A DNA stretch of 64,000 nucleotides from assembly GCA_965219415.1 (NCBI GenBank), contig CBDCNP010000002.1:4832001-4896000 (forward strand). The letters are read 5' to 3'. Both the position numbers and the translations under genes were made by a program. The notes below the pieces were generated by a model. That model worked only from the letters and a program-made list of their open reading frames with translations. It was not told the origin of the DNA and made no database searches. The DNA comes from Candidatus Marinacidobacterales bacterium (lineage in GTDB: Bacteria > Acidobacteriota > Vicinamibacteria > Marinacidobacterales > DATDRI01). This document shows, piece after piece, positions 10,763-20,734 of the stretch (the stretch's first letter is position 1; each line of letters begins with the position of its first letter).

Positions 10763-11651
10763 ATGTGGTGGATTGACATTCTGCTGGTTGTCTTGACATG
10801 TGCTTTTGCTTGCGTAGCGATTTACAGGGGGATCAAGCTCCACGGGAAAGGTATTACGTCCTTCCTTGTCGCCTCCATCGTTCTGGGAGCCCTACTAGCT
10901 GTTCCTGTCGAAACCATTGAATTCCTAGGAACGAAGATCTCAATACGAGGACCTCGCCTGCGCGATGTCTCGATCGAGATCGAGTCGCTCTCGAGCCAAG
11001 TGCGAGCGGATGAACTTTCAGTGTTCCTCGTGCCAGCCCGGAACCGCGGCACTGTCAGCGATAGTGGGCAAGCAGCGAGGGTTGATTTCAAGGAGATTCC
11101 GGAAGATATCTATCACGTTCTCGTCGCGGATGGGGCTGGACATCACTCTCTGCTTGAAGACAGGTCGGTAGCGGGAGCGACCTCTGAGCTGAAACCGGTC
11201 CCGAGATTCCCCCGCGGAGGCTTCGGTAAGCGGCGTTGTGAGGCAACTGGGGGGAATGGATCGGTCGGGGACCCTAGTCGTGGTTAACGACGAGTTGGCA
11301 TGGGTTGACGAGAACGGCCGCTTCGACGTCTTCGGGTTGGAGCTTGGCAATTCATACAGCCTGAATGTTTTCGGCAACAGTATCGCGAACCGTAGCGGGA
11401 AGCTGTCTGACTACGAGGAGAAACTAGCTACAGTGATCTATGCGCCGGATCCTGTTCCGATCGCCCGGATATGCGAGGAGATGGAGATTCGGAGCCGGGA
11501 GGGCGATCGGGACGAATGGTCCTGCCGTGAACGGGACTACAACCGATACCCAGCGGATGTGGGCAAGCTATGGTTTTACACGAGGATTCAAGCTGTCCCG
11601 CCGACCGAGGTCGTGCATCGCTGGCGCTACGGAAACGAGGCGGTCGATGTA
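10763..11651 (+). pseudogene. Membrane protein with DUF2914-like C-terminal region; frameshifted near 11215 and truncated by MITE B
   Basis: Two overlapping ORFs (10763-11287, 11238-11687); GKLWFYTRI..VVHRW motif. Confidence 0.5.
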
Positions 11652-11884
11652 CCCGTCCTGTGCCAAAACTCGGCCCTTTTGAAATAGACCACAAATCAGC
11701 AGCTTAGACGTCCTTGGAATCCGCGCAGAATCCAGGGTATTTCGCGCCGCAGGGCTGATTTCCGACCCATGGGCTGGCGGATGAATAAATAGAAGGCACA
11801 CCCTTGGTGGGCCCGCTCGGCGTAGCGTGAAAACAGCTTCAGGCACACGCTTCGATATTCGCTCTCGACTAGGAGGTCATCTGC

Positions 11885-12970
11885 ATGGTGACGACCCGCC
11901 CGCCCAAGACGATTGTAAAGCCCACGGCCCTTGGCCCGGTCGCAAACACAGACACTAAGTTGCTGATTTATGGCCTATTTCAAAAGGGCCGAGTTTTGGC
12001 ACAGGACGGCATCGGCAGCCGTAATACGATCGCCATTCGCGGCGAGAGCCATCCCCTTATGGTGGGTCAGTTCAGATGGGATTTGACCGGCCCGAGCTAT
12101 CTGCTTCCCCTCAGGCGTAAAAATATTCAGAATGGCTTTGTGGTGGCCGATGTGTTTACCGAACGCCAGCTGGATATTCATCATATCCGATACTTTATCC
12201 GCAAGGTGCAGACCTACCAGAAAACCTCAAACAGCGGTGCACTTTTTCCGATCCTTATGGCCGAAAGATTTACCGGCGCTGCCCTAACGGAGGGCCACAA
12301 GGTTGGATTGATGCTGACAACACCTAAGAACCTGTTTGGACGGCATGTGGCGGACGCCCTCGCCGACTTGATGAGGACCCTACAAAACGCGGCTGCCATT
12401 GCTGCTGTCGACGGTGATCGCTTGTACAAACTTCTGGACCAGCTCTCTGAGATCGAGGGCCGTGCCGGCAATATGCGGGGCATCTTGTTTGAACTTATCG
12501 CAGCCCATATCGCCAAGCGTGAAATCGGCGGAAGCATTGATTTCGGCGTCCTGCATACCCATCGTGAAAGCGGAAAACAAGCCGACTTAGATGTGGTTTG
12601 TGTGACGGATCAAAATGCAGTTCATGTGATCGAGTGTAAGGGCAAGAGCCCAGGCCGAACCGTATCGCTCGAAGAGGTGACAGACTGGCTCGGCAAGCTT
12701 CCCATCGTGCAGGACTACGTGGCGAGCCGGGAGCATTTACGCGAACGCGATCAGACCTACGCCTTCTGGACTACCGGCACGTTTGAGGCGGATGCCCTCG
12801 ACAAGCTGAAGTCTGAACAGGCACACCGCAGGAGGCGGCCGATCGCCTGGAAAGATGGCGCGGCTGTACGCAAGCTCGTGTCGAGTCTCAGACTCAAAAC
12901 CATCGGCGACGCCTTGGACCAACACTTCATAAAACATCCCTTAGCGAAGGCGACTGCATCTAAAAGGTGA
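11885..12970 (+). CDS. 5'-truncated PD-(D/E)XK nuclease-domain protein fused in frame to an ORF starting in the element A right end
   Basis: GILFEL..DLDVV..VIECKG motif; the first 42 codons derive from the TIR region. Confidence 0.6.
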   Translation: MVTTRPPKTIVKPTALGPVANTDTKLLIYGLFQKGRVLAQDGIGSRNTIAIRGESHPLMVGQFRWDLTGPSYLLPLRRKNIQNGFVVADVFTERQLDIHHIRYFIRKVQTYQKTSNSGALFPILMAERFTGAALTEGHKVGLMLTTPKNLFGRHVADALADLMRTLQNAAAIAAVDGDRLYKLLDQLSEIEGRAGNMRGILFELIAAHIAKREIGGSIDFGVLHTHRESGKQADLDVVCVTDQNAVHVIECKGKSPGRTVSLEEVTDWLGKLPIVQDYVASREHLRERDQTYAFWTTGTFEADALDKLKSEQAHRRRRPIAWKDGAAVRKLVSSLRLKTIGDALDQHFIKHPLAKATASKR

Positions 12971-13216
12971 CGGCGGCCACCACCATCAAGGCGGTCGCGG
13001 GAACCTGGAGTCAAGCCCATTCTTAGTTGAAACTCTCCACGGCTCACGTTTAAGCGACCTCGTCCTGTCCAAAAACACAAACGAACTCAAGACTGGCGAG
13101 CCCGTGAGGTCAAAATACTCATGCGGTTTCCCGATGGTAGAAACTTAGCAACCCGCCAAGCCGTAAGGTGCAAACTGCTGACCCATTGAGCGTTCGAGTA
13201 TTTTGACCAGACGGGC

Positions 13217-13729
13217 ATGCCGCAGCGCAACCTCGCCGTTGAGCTGTTGCAGAAGCTGCTGAAGGGCGAGCTTGCCACCCGCCGTCGGAAAAATGTCGTC
13301 CAGGCGCGCTCCTTTGCCGAGATGCTGGAACAAACGCTCCGCCGTTACCAGAACCGCGCTGTGGAAGCGGCACAGGTGGTCGAGGAACTGATTCAGCTCG
13401 CCCGGGAGCTACGGGAGGCGAACGCCCGCGGCGAAAAGCTCGGGCTCACAGAAGAAGAGCTGGCCTTCTACGACGCGCTTGAAACCAATGACAGTGCAGT
13501 CCAGGTACTGGGTGACGAGACCCTACGCGATATCGCACGAGAGTTGGTGGAGACCGTGCGCGGCAACGTTACCATCGACTGGACCCTGCGCGAGAATGTG
13601 CGGGCCAATCTCCGCCGGCTGGTCAAGCGTATCCTTCGCAGACACGGCTACCCGCCGGACAAACAGGAGAAGGCGACCCGGACGGTACTGGAACAGGCGG
13701 AGGTGTTGTCCGCTGGCTGGGCTGCTTGA
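13217..13729 (+). pseudogene. hsdR: Type I restriction HsdR C-terminal (DUF3387-like) fragment
   Basis: [53 protein letters not shown]; 5' part cut by an rve-B end. Confidence 0.85.
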
Positions 13730-13754
13730 ATCCTGTGTTCCGCAAAAAGTCTAC

Positions 13755-14074
13755 CCCGTCCTGTGCCAAAACTCGGCCCTTTTGAAATAGGCCATAAATC
13801 AGCAGCTTAGTGTCTGTGTTTGCGCCGGGGCCAAGGGCCGTAGGCTTTACAATCGTCTGGCCCGAGGGTGTTATCTTCGGATCCATCATGACGTACCATG
13901 TGCAATTCCTACTGTTGGTCAGGCAGCCGTTGTTCGATCGGGCAGCCCTGCCGCTCACACAGACCTCATGGGTGCTTCCGCCATTAAGTGTTGGTAAAAT
14001 GACACTAAGACTTTACGGTGCATTAAATTACAGACATGGTTTTTCAAAAGGGCCGAGTTTTGGCACAGGACGGG
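13755..14074. mobile_element. Composite non-autonomous unit (A left end, filler, MITE C half, A end); inverted copy at 50151-50471
   Basis: The same chimeric junctions occur in both copies. Confidence 0.8.
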
Positions 14075-14643
14075 TCCGCCAACATAGAACCTAGCGCCAA
14101 CGCGAAGGCGCGCGGGCGGTAAATGTAGGACGTGTGGTCGTACTCGGGGGGCATCATCGCTTTCAGGTCACGCCATTCCTCATCGCTGGTCGGCTCAATT
14201 GCAGTGCAGTAGATCCAACCGCGGTTTCGAAGGTTAATTGTGGTGGTTGTCTTCTGACGGCGCGTTCGGCTGACGTGCATGCCATCCGCGGTGACTCTAC
14301 TCCGCGAGTCCACAAGTTCTGCTGCGCGGTTCACCTCGGCGGCTCGCAGCTGGGCGAGGCCCTCTGGTTCGTCGATATCGTCGACGTGCTCCGTTGATTG
14401 CTGGGCGCGCGTCTCATTGGGATCCCGGCTGCGACGAAAGAGCTCCGGTTTGGAGATCCGGATGGTCCGCAGACACCCAGGCGCGAACTGAGACTCTCCA
14501 AGTTTGACCAGCGTCGAAACGGGATATCGATCCCTTGGTTCGCGAAAGTCCACTTGTTTACTCATGAGCATTCGATCTGCATCATCAAGCCAGTTCCCTT
14601 CGCCAACGATCAACGGGCGTTCACTTGGCATCTGCAACTCCAA
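14075..14643 (-). pseudogene. Hypothetical protein, 3'-truncated by an element A end
   Basis: 199 aa ORF whose last residues (PSCAKTRPF) are TIR-derived. Confidence 0.4.
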
Positions 14644-14908
14644 GCCAATATATCAATTTGGTGTGAAATCAGTGTTGTGCCTTCTATTTATTCATCCGCC
14701 AGCCCCATGGGTCGGAAGTCAGCCCTGCGGCGCGAAATAGCCTGGATTCTGCGCCTATTCCAACGGCGTCTAAGCTGCTGATTTGTGGCCTATTTCAAAA
14801 GGGCCGAGTTTTGGCACAAGGACGGGCACCGTTCTTTTTCCACGGTAGTCGAGACGCATCCAGGTGGTACAATTTGAACGACCAGGTGGTACAATTTGAA
14901 CGAGAAGA

Positions 14909-15745
14909 ATGACTGACGAGCGCCAAATTCCCAGCGACAAAGACTTGTATTGGCCAACCCTCAAAGCATTGAAAGACCGGGGTGGTTCCGCCTCTATCCA
15001 GGAGCTTTCGGAGCAGGTGGCTACCGATCTGGCGCTACCCGACAAGCTTTTAGACGTCCCGCACAAAGATGGCCCACAATCCGAAGTCGATTATCGTGCT
15101 GCATGGGTGCGAACTAATCTGCGGTTTGCCGGCGCCATCGACAATACGTCACGTGGCATTTGGACGATCACAGACGTTGGCCGAAGGATTCAGACGGAGC
15201 AGGAAATGCATGATCTAGTCCGTCTGGGACGCGCGAAACAGAACAAGGCGAGGCGATCGCGGAACGCAGATGATGTGACAGATGAGCAGGATTGGAAAAA
15301 AGCCCTTTTGAGCATTGTTCGACGCGTGGAGCCTGCCGCCTTTGAACGTCTTTGCCAGCGCGTCCTTCGGGAATCAGGATTTACGAAGGTGGAAGTAATG
15401 GGCCGCTCTGGCGACGGTGGCATCGACGGCTCCGGCGTGTTGCGGGTCAACCTCATCTCCTTTCATGTTCGCTTTCAGTGCAAGCGGTACAGGGGTTCGG
15501 TCAGTGCGTCTGCGATCCGGGACTTCAGGGGAGCGATGGTCGGTCGCGCAGACAAGGGGTTGTTCATCACCACAGGAGGGTTTACCCAGGATGCAAAGCG
15601 AGAAGCCGTGAGGGACGGAGCACCGGCTATCGATCTGATCGACGGTATTGATCTTTGCATCCTGCTGAGGAAGCTCGGATTGGGCATCAGCACTGAGACC
15701 GTTGAAGTTGTCAAGCCTAGGCAGGATTTCTTCGACAGCCTTTGA
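14909..15745 (+). CDS. mrr: Mrr type IV restriction endonuclease (Mrr_N plus Mrr_cat)
   Basis: PTLKAL..YRAAWVRT..RGIWTIT; FERLC..GRSGDGGIDG..QCKRY..IRDFRGAM..LIDG. Confidence 0.92.
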   Translation: MTDERQIPSDKDLYWPTLKALKDRGGSASIQELSEQVATDLALPDKLLDVPHKDGPQSEVDYRAAWVRTNLRFAGAIDNTSRGIWTITDVGRRIQTEQEMHDLVRLGRAKQNKARRSRNADDVTDEQDWKKALLSIVRRVEPAAFERLCQRVLRESGFTKVEVMGRSGDGGIDGSGVLRVNLISFHVRFQCKRYRGSVSASAIRDFRGAMVGRADKGLFITTGGFTQDAKREAVRDGAPAIDLIDGIDLCILLRKLGLGISTETVEVVKPRQDFFDSL

Positions 15746-15748
15746 GAC

Positions 15749-15867
15749 GGCATTGTCAAGTTGAGGCTGACGGCTGTTTCTGATGCCCAGAATGGTGGGT
15801 TTACGACGGGCTCAAGTCCAGTATCTTGGGTGTCGGTCAGCTAGCTTCTTGTCAACTTGACAGTACC
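15749..15867. mobile_element. IS6-like MITE
   Basis: Ends GGCATTGTCAAGTTGA / TCAACTTGACAGTACC, 119 bp, no ORF. Confidence 0.55.
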
Positions 15868-16156
15868 AGCCAAAGAGTTCGTCGAAGACTATGAGTATCG
15901 ACGTCTGCTATGGGGAAGAAGACTTGGCTCAACCTCCTCGCCTTGAGCCTGGAGCTGATTTCGAAGAACTCGATTCTCGGCCACAAGATACTCGTTGCGT
16001 AGGAGCAACTCCTCATCCACGGACCCTGAGATGTAGCTCAGCATGCCCTTCCAGTCCATCGCGACTCCTTCCGCTGAACTGGAATACGTATCCGACCGCG
16101 ATAGCGGATTCAAGCGGCCTTGTGGAAGGTGCAAAGTGCTGACCCGCTGCGCGTTC

Positions 16157-16693
16157 GAGTATTTTGACCACACGGGCATGCCCCAGGCCCCCAAGACTCG
16201 GGCCAGACCATACGGCGTTCCGGTGGAGGGCGACTTGGTCCGGCTCATCTGTTCGACCTCCACCGTAGAAAAGGCTTCTCATCCTCCAGCTGCCGGATGC
16301 GTTCCTTCAACAGCTCGTTGTCCATCACCAGACCGGTCACTGCGGACTTCAGCGTCTTCTTCTCCTCGTCCGCTACCTCCCTCGTCCGGCTCTTCAGCCC
16401 GTCCTCGCCTCCTTGCAGAAACGCATCGCGCCAACTCGTCAGTGTCGCCGCCGTCACCGCGTACTTCCGGCTCGTCGCCTCCAGCTCGACGCCACGCATT
16501 AGCTCTAGCACCACCGTTACCTTCCGCCGGGCCGACCAACGGACCTTCCCGCGTCGCGCTGCATCCGGGGCCGCTTCGGTCGCCCTACGGGCTCCCTGCG
16601 CCGCCCCCGATTCTGTATTTCTTCCTCTGGACATCGTGATCCTCCTGTTCGGTATTCTCTCAAATCACTGTCCAAAGAAATCGTGGGGCGGGG
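16157..16693 (-). mobile_element. IS3-family (type 1) 5' fragment containing orfA (16245-16634)
   Basis: Near-identical to 58364-58813; HTH WSARRK..VLELMRG. Confidence 0.8.
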
Positions 16694-16885
16694 GAACGAG
16701 CGCTATTTTAGCTGTAACTTAATGCACCGTAAAGTCTTAGCGTAATCTCACCAACACTTGATGGCGGAAGCACCCATAGGGTTCAGACCAAGTCGAGCAG
16801 TCTTGGTGTCTGAAATCCCAGACTCTGGGCACCTGGAGTAAACTGCACATGGTCCTAGGCTAACTTAGTTCGTGGGAGCGGGTTA

Positions 16886-17857
16886 GTGGCCGCTGCGGAC
16901 AAGTCACTACGCGCGTTAGACAAAAAAGCACGCTCCCGGGTGGTTAAGATGATTTCAAGAAAGGCGGCAAGAGCTATTGCTGGGGTTTACGAAAGAACAT
17001 TTCGTAAACTTCATTACCGGGAGTTCGGCCCTCAATACTACACAATCGACACGTTGCGGCTTTATGACTTCCTATTCGATAATAATTGTCCCGCTTACTT
17101 CTGCAATGCAGCCAAGAAGACCTACGAAGTGACTAGAACACGGAGATTCAAGGAGTTCTTGATGACGCTTCATACGGGCGAGAGCCTCGTCGCGACAACT
17201 CCTAATTGGTCATGGCGAGAGCGTGAGAAGCTCGGACAGAGATATTTGCATGATCTTGCAGAAGACATCCTAGGCTACTGGAACACGAAGAACACAAGGC
17301 ACTCTGACAAGAGTACGTTAGACGCCGTCGCGAAGTTGCGCAAGCAATTGGAACTCGAGGGTTACCGCTTCGAATCTGGCCGCTTGCTTGAATCTGAAAA
17401 CGGTGTCCTCGAAGCTAAGGAGGAAACTGGTGTAATCCACACCTTGTACGAAGAGTTATCATTGGCAAACCAGAAAACTACTTTCCATCATTTGGACCTT
17501 ACTGAATCACATTACGTTGCAAACAGGTGGGACGATTCGATATCGAATTCCAGAAAGTTTTTGGAATCCGTCTTACGTGAATTGGCCGTTGCTCACAGCT
17601 CGCGTTGCAGGGGCGAAGCTCTGCCCGATAGTATTCGCAACAGACCGGTTCGAGTTCGCGATTACCTTGAACAAGAGGGTCTTCTGGAGTCAAAAGAAAA
17701 GGCCGCCGTAGCATCTGTCTATGGACTCCTTAGTGAAACGGGTGGACACCCCTACATGGCCCAGTCAGAACAGGCACGACTACTCCGACATCTCGCCCTA
17801 ACTTTTTCGCAGTTCGTAATGTTGAGGTTCAAGGGCAAGCTTAGCAGTTCCACCTAA
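16886..17857 (+). CDS. Hypothetical protein with Abi_C/HEPN-like C-terminal region
   Basis: Intact, visibly AT-richer ORF; SISNSRKFLESVL…LSETGGH pattern. Family call is inference. Confidence 0.55.
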   Translation: MAAADKSLRALDKKARSRVVKMISRKAARAIAGVYERTFRKLHYREFGPQYYTIDTLRLYDFLFDNNCPAYFCNAAKKTYEVTRTRRFKEFLMTLHTGESLVATTPNWSWREREKLGQRYLHDLAEDILGYWNTKNTRHSDKSTLDAVAKLRKQLELEGYRFESGRLLESENGVLEAKEETGVIHTLYEELSLANQKTTFHHLDLTESHYVANRWDDSISNSRKFLESVLRELAVAHSSRCRGEALPDSIRNRPVRVRDYLEQEGLLESKEKAAVASVYGLLSETGGHPYMAQSEQARLLRHLALTFSQFVMLRFKGKLSSST

Positions 17858-18088
17858 CAGGGTGCTTCCGCAATTAAGTGTTGGCGGCCAGCCCCTAACC
17901 CGTCTGCGTGCTAGAGTTTGAACCAGAATTCTGAAGACACAGTTCTCTCATCGTCAGGGCCGAGCCGAAGTGAAGAATCGCAGATGTCTCAATCCCGCAT
18001 GTCCGTCGTATGGAAAAGTCGGTTCCAGAAGTATTATTCACAACGGATTCTACAGAACGAGGTCCGGGAAACGCCGTCGATGGTGCTT

Positions 18089-19289
18089 CCCGTCTGGTCA
18101 AAATACTCGAACGCCCAGCGGGTCAGCAGTTTGCACCTTTCCAAAGGCCGCTTGAATCCGCCATCGCTGTCGGATACGTATTCCAGTTCAGCGGAAGGAG
18201 TTGCGATGGACTGGAAGACCATGCTGAGCTACATCTCAGGATCCGTGGATGAGGAATTGCTCCTGCGCAACGAGTATCTTGTGGCTGAGAATCGAGTTCT
18301 TCGAAATCATCTCCAGGGTCGCTTGCGCCTGACCGATGGCGAACGGCGGTCTCTGGCCGAGCTCGGAAAGCGTCTGGGTAAGCAAGCCCTTGATGAGATC
18401 GCGAGTATCGTGAACCCCGACACGATCTTAGGTTGGCACCGGAGGCTTGTCGCGAAGAAGTTCGACAGCTCCGAGAACCGTCCGTATCCAGGGCGACCGC
18501 GGATCGACGCCGACATCGAAGAGCTGGTAGTGCGTCTCGCCAAGGAGAACAAGTCCTGGGGTTACGACCGGATTGCAGGGGCGCTAGCCAACGTTGGGCA
18601 TGAAGTGGCCGACCAAACCGTCGGTAACATTCTGAAACGCCACGGCATTCCGCTCGCACCAGAGCGTCGGAAGAACACGACGTGGAGGGAATTCATCCGC
18701 TCGCACATGGACGTGCTCGCGGCGACAGATTTCTTCACCACGGAAGTGTGGACTCAGGGCGGGTTGGTGACGTACTACGTTCTGTTCTTCATGCACCTGG
18801 CTACCCGTCGAGTCCACGTCGCCGGCATCACGCCGCATCCGAACGAACAGTGGATGACTCAAGTGGCTCGCAACGTGACCATGGCAGATGTCGGCTTTCT
18901 GTCATCGAGCCGATACCTCATTCACGACCGGGACTCGAAGTTCTGCGAGTCGTTCCACCGGACCATCGAGGCGGTTGGCGTCGCGCCCGTCAAGCTGCCC
19001 GCACGGAGCCCGGATTTGAACTCGTTCGCGGAGCGCTGGGTGAAGTCAGTCAAAGAGGAATGTCTCTCGAAGCTCATCCTGTTCGGCGAGAAGTCGCTCC
19101 GTCATGCGCTTAGGGAGTACGTCGTCTACTATCATCATAAGAGGAATCATCAAGGCAAGGAGAATCTGCTGCTGTTCCCAGCCAGCGACCAGTTACCTCA
19201 GTCCGAGCGCAAGGTGCGCTCCCGTGAATGGCCTGGCGGGTTACTACGTTTCTACCATCGGGAAGCCGCATGAGTATTTTGACCTCACG
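18089..19289 (+). mobile_element. rve-integrase IS 'element B', joined to an IS1 5' fragment (17862-18080)
   Basis: Ends CCCGTCTGGTCAAAATACTC / GAGTATTTTGACCTCACG; many orphan copies of both ends in the window. Confidence 0.85.
18206..19273 (+). CDS. Integrase core (rve, DDE) transposase B
   Basis: ENKSWGY, ATDFF, HDRD, NSFAERW, RNHQG; GGAG RBS before ATG 18206. Confidence 0.9.
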   Translation: MDWKTMLSYISGSVDEELLLRNEYLVAENRVLRNHLQGRLRLTDGERRSLAELGKRLGKQALDEIASIVNPDTILGWHRRLVAKKFDSSENRPYPGRPRIDADIEELVVRLAKENKSWGYDRIAGALANVGHEVADQTVGNILKRHGIPLAPERRKNTTWREFIRSHMDVLAATDFFTTEVWTQGGLVTYYVLFFMHLATRRVHVAGITPHPNEQWMTQVARNVTMADVGFLSSSRYLIHDRDSKFCESFHRTIEAVGVAPVKLPARSPDLNSFAERWVKSVKEECLSKLILFGEKSLRHALREYVVYYHHKRNHQGKENLLLFPASDQLPQSERKVRSREWPGGLLRFYHREAA

Positions 19290-20299
19290 CGTTCGCCAAC
19301 GGACCCAACACCGGCCGTTCGTCCCGCTGGAAGCGGTCGACGGGACGCTCCCCGGTCGTACCGTGGCGTCGCCGGTTCGCCCGGTCCTCCAACCAGCGCA
19401 TCGCCTGCGCATTCAGGTCCTCGTCGTTGGCGAAGGCCCGGCCGTAGAAGAAACTGTCCCGAACGTAGCGGATCGGCCGCTCCACCTTCCCCTTGGTCCG
19501 CGCCCGCCCGGAATCCCCAGTGCGCCGCGAAACGCAGAAACTCCGCGTTCACCACCAACTCGCCGCCGCCGGCCCGCCCATCCGACACCACCACCGCGCG
19601 CATCTGGTCGAACAACAACTCCTCGGGAACGCCGCCGAATCTCTGAAACGCGCTCTCCAGTCCCTCAAGCAACACCGCCATCGTCTGCCGAGGAAAGAAC
19701 CGCAGCCACAACAGCCGCGAGTAGCTCAGCACCACCAGCAGCGCATAACGTCGGCCCCACGGCAGCCGGAACGTTCCGAAATCCACCTGGCCTTGTCGCC
19801 CCGCCGGCGTCTCGAACCGCACTACCGTCTCCACAGGCTCGCGCACCCGCACCGTGCGCACGTAGTCCCGCACCCGGCCGTAGCTTCCCCCGTAACCCGA
19901 CGCCTGCACCTCTTCGAAGAGCCGTTGCGCCGATAATCGGGGGAACTCCTCCAACCGCTCCCGGATGATCCCCTTGTAGGGGTCCAGCTTGTGCGTCACC
20001 GGCGCCCGCCGAGAATACCGCGTCGCCCCGGCCGATAGATCCCGGTCTAACTGACCCGTCTCAATCCATTCGTAAATCGTCCTACGACTCACACCGAACC
20101 GCCGCGACAGCTCCGTCTTCGATACCCCTTGGGCCAGACATTCCTTCAGCAACATCCGCGTCCCCCATCCGTGCATCCGCCCACGCTCCTTTCTGTCCGT
20201 CTCCCCAACAGATTGGAGCATCGTCCACAACCTCCCAAAATCCGGAAAGTGTGCAGTTTTCGGTTGCCATAAATGGGAAGTTTACAGTTGTCGCCAACA
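19290..20299 (-). mobile_element. istA: IS21-family remnant with deleted/frameshifted istA
   Basis: RFETPAGRQGQVDFG, LSYSR, FDQMR motifs; TG-starting end with internal repeats at 20251-20299. Confidence 0.85.
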
Positions 20300-20457
20300 C
20301 CCTCGGTGGGCCCGTCGCCTGCCACCTGCAGCACAGGGGTCGGAAGCCAGCTATGCGCCGCGAAATACCCTGGATTCTGCGCGGATTCCAAGGGCGTCTA
20401 AGCTGCTGATTTGTGGTCTATTTCAAAAGGGCCGAGTTTTGGCACAGGACGTCGTAC

Positions 20458-20614
20458 GGTGCTTGCTGTTGGTGATGTGTACGCATCCCTTCGCAAAAAA
20501 GATGCTTACGCTCCATTTAGCGCGCAGCGAGGGTCACGAGCACTATTTTGGCTGTAATTTAATGCACTCTAAAGTCTTAGCGTCATCTCACCAACACTTA
20601 ATTGCGACAGCACC
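20458..20614. mobile_element. MITE 'C' (~165 bp, IS1-like GGTGCTT ends); copies at 25952-26117, 45112-45277, 55828-55993, 57435-57599; partial at 767, 13972, 16697, 50188
   Basis: Shares its terminal sequence with the IS1-like element at 837-2036. Confidence 0.85.
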
Positions 20615-20734
20615 CACCGAGGAGCCACTACAATCCAGCCATATCCCAACCGCTTTTTGTTCCTGGTTGTTCCATTTCTCTATAGACACACAAAAGTTAG
20701 TTTGATAGAGTATTTTGGGACAAGGAGGAACAAC

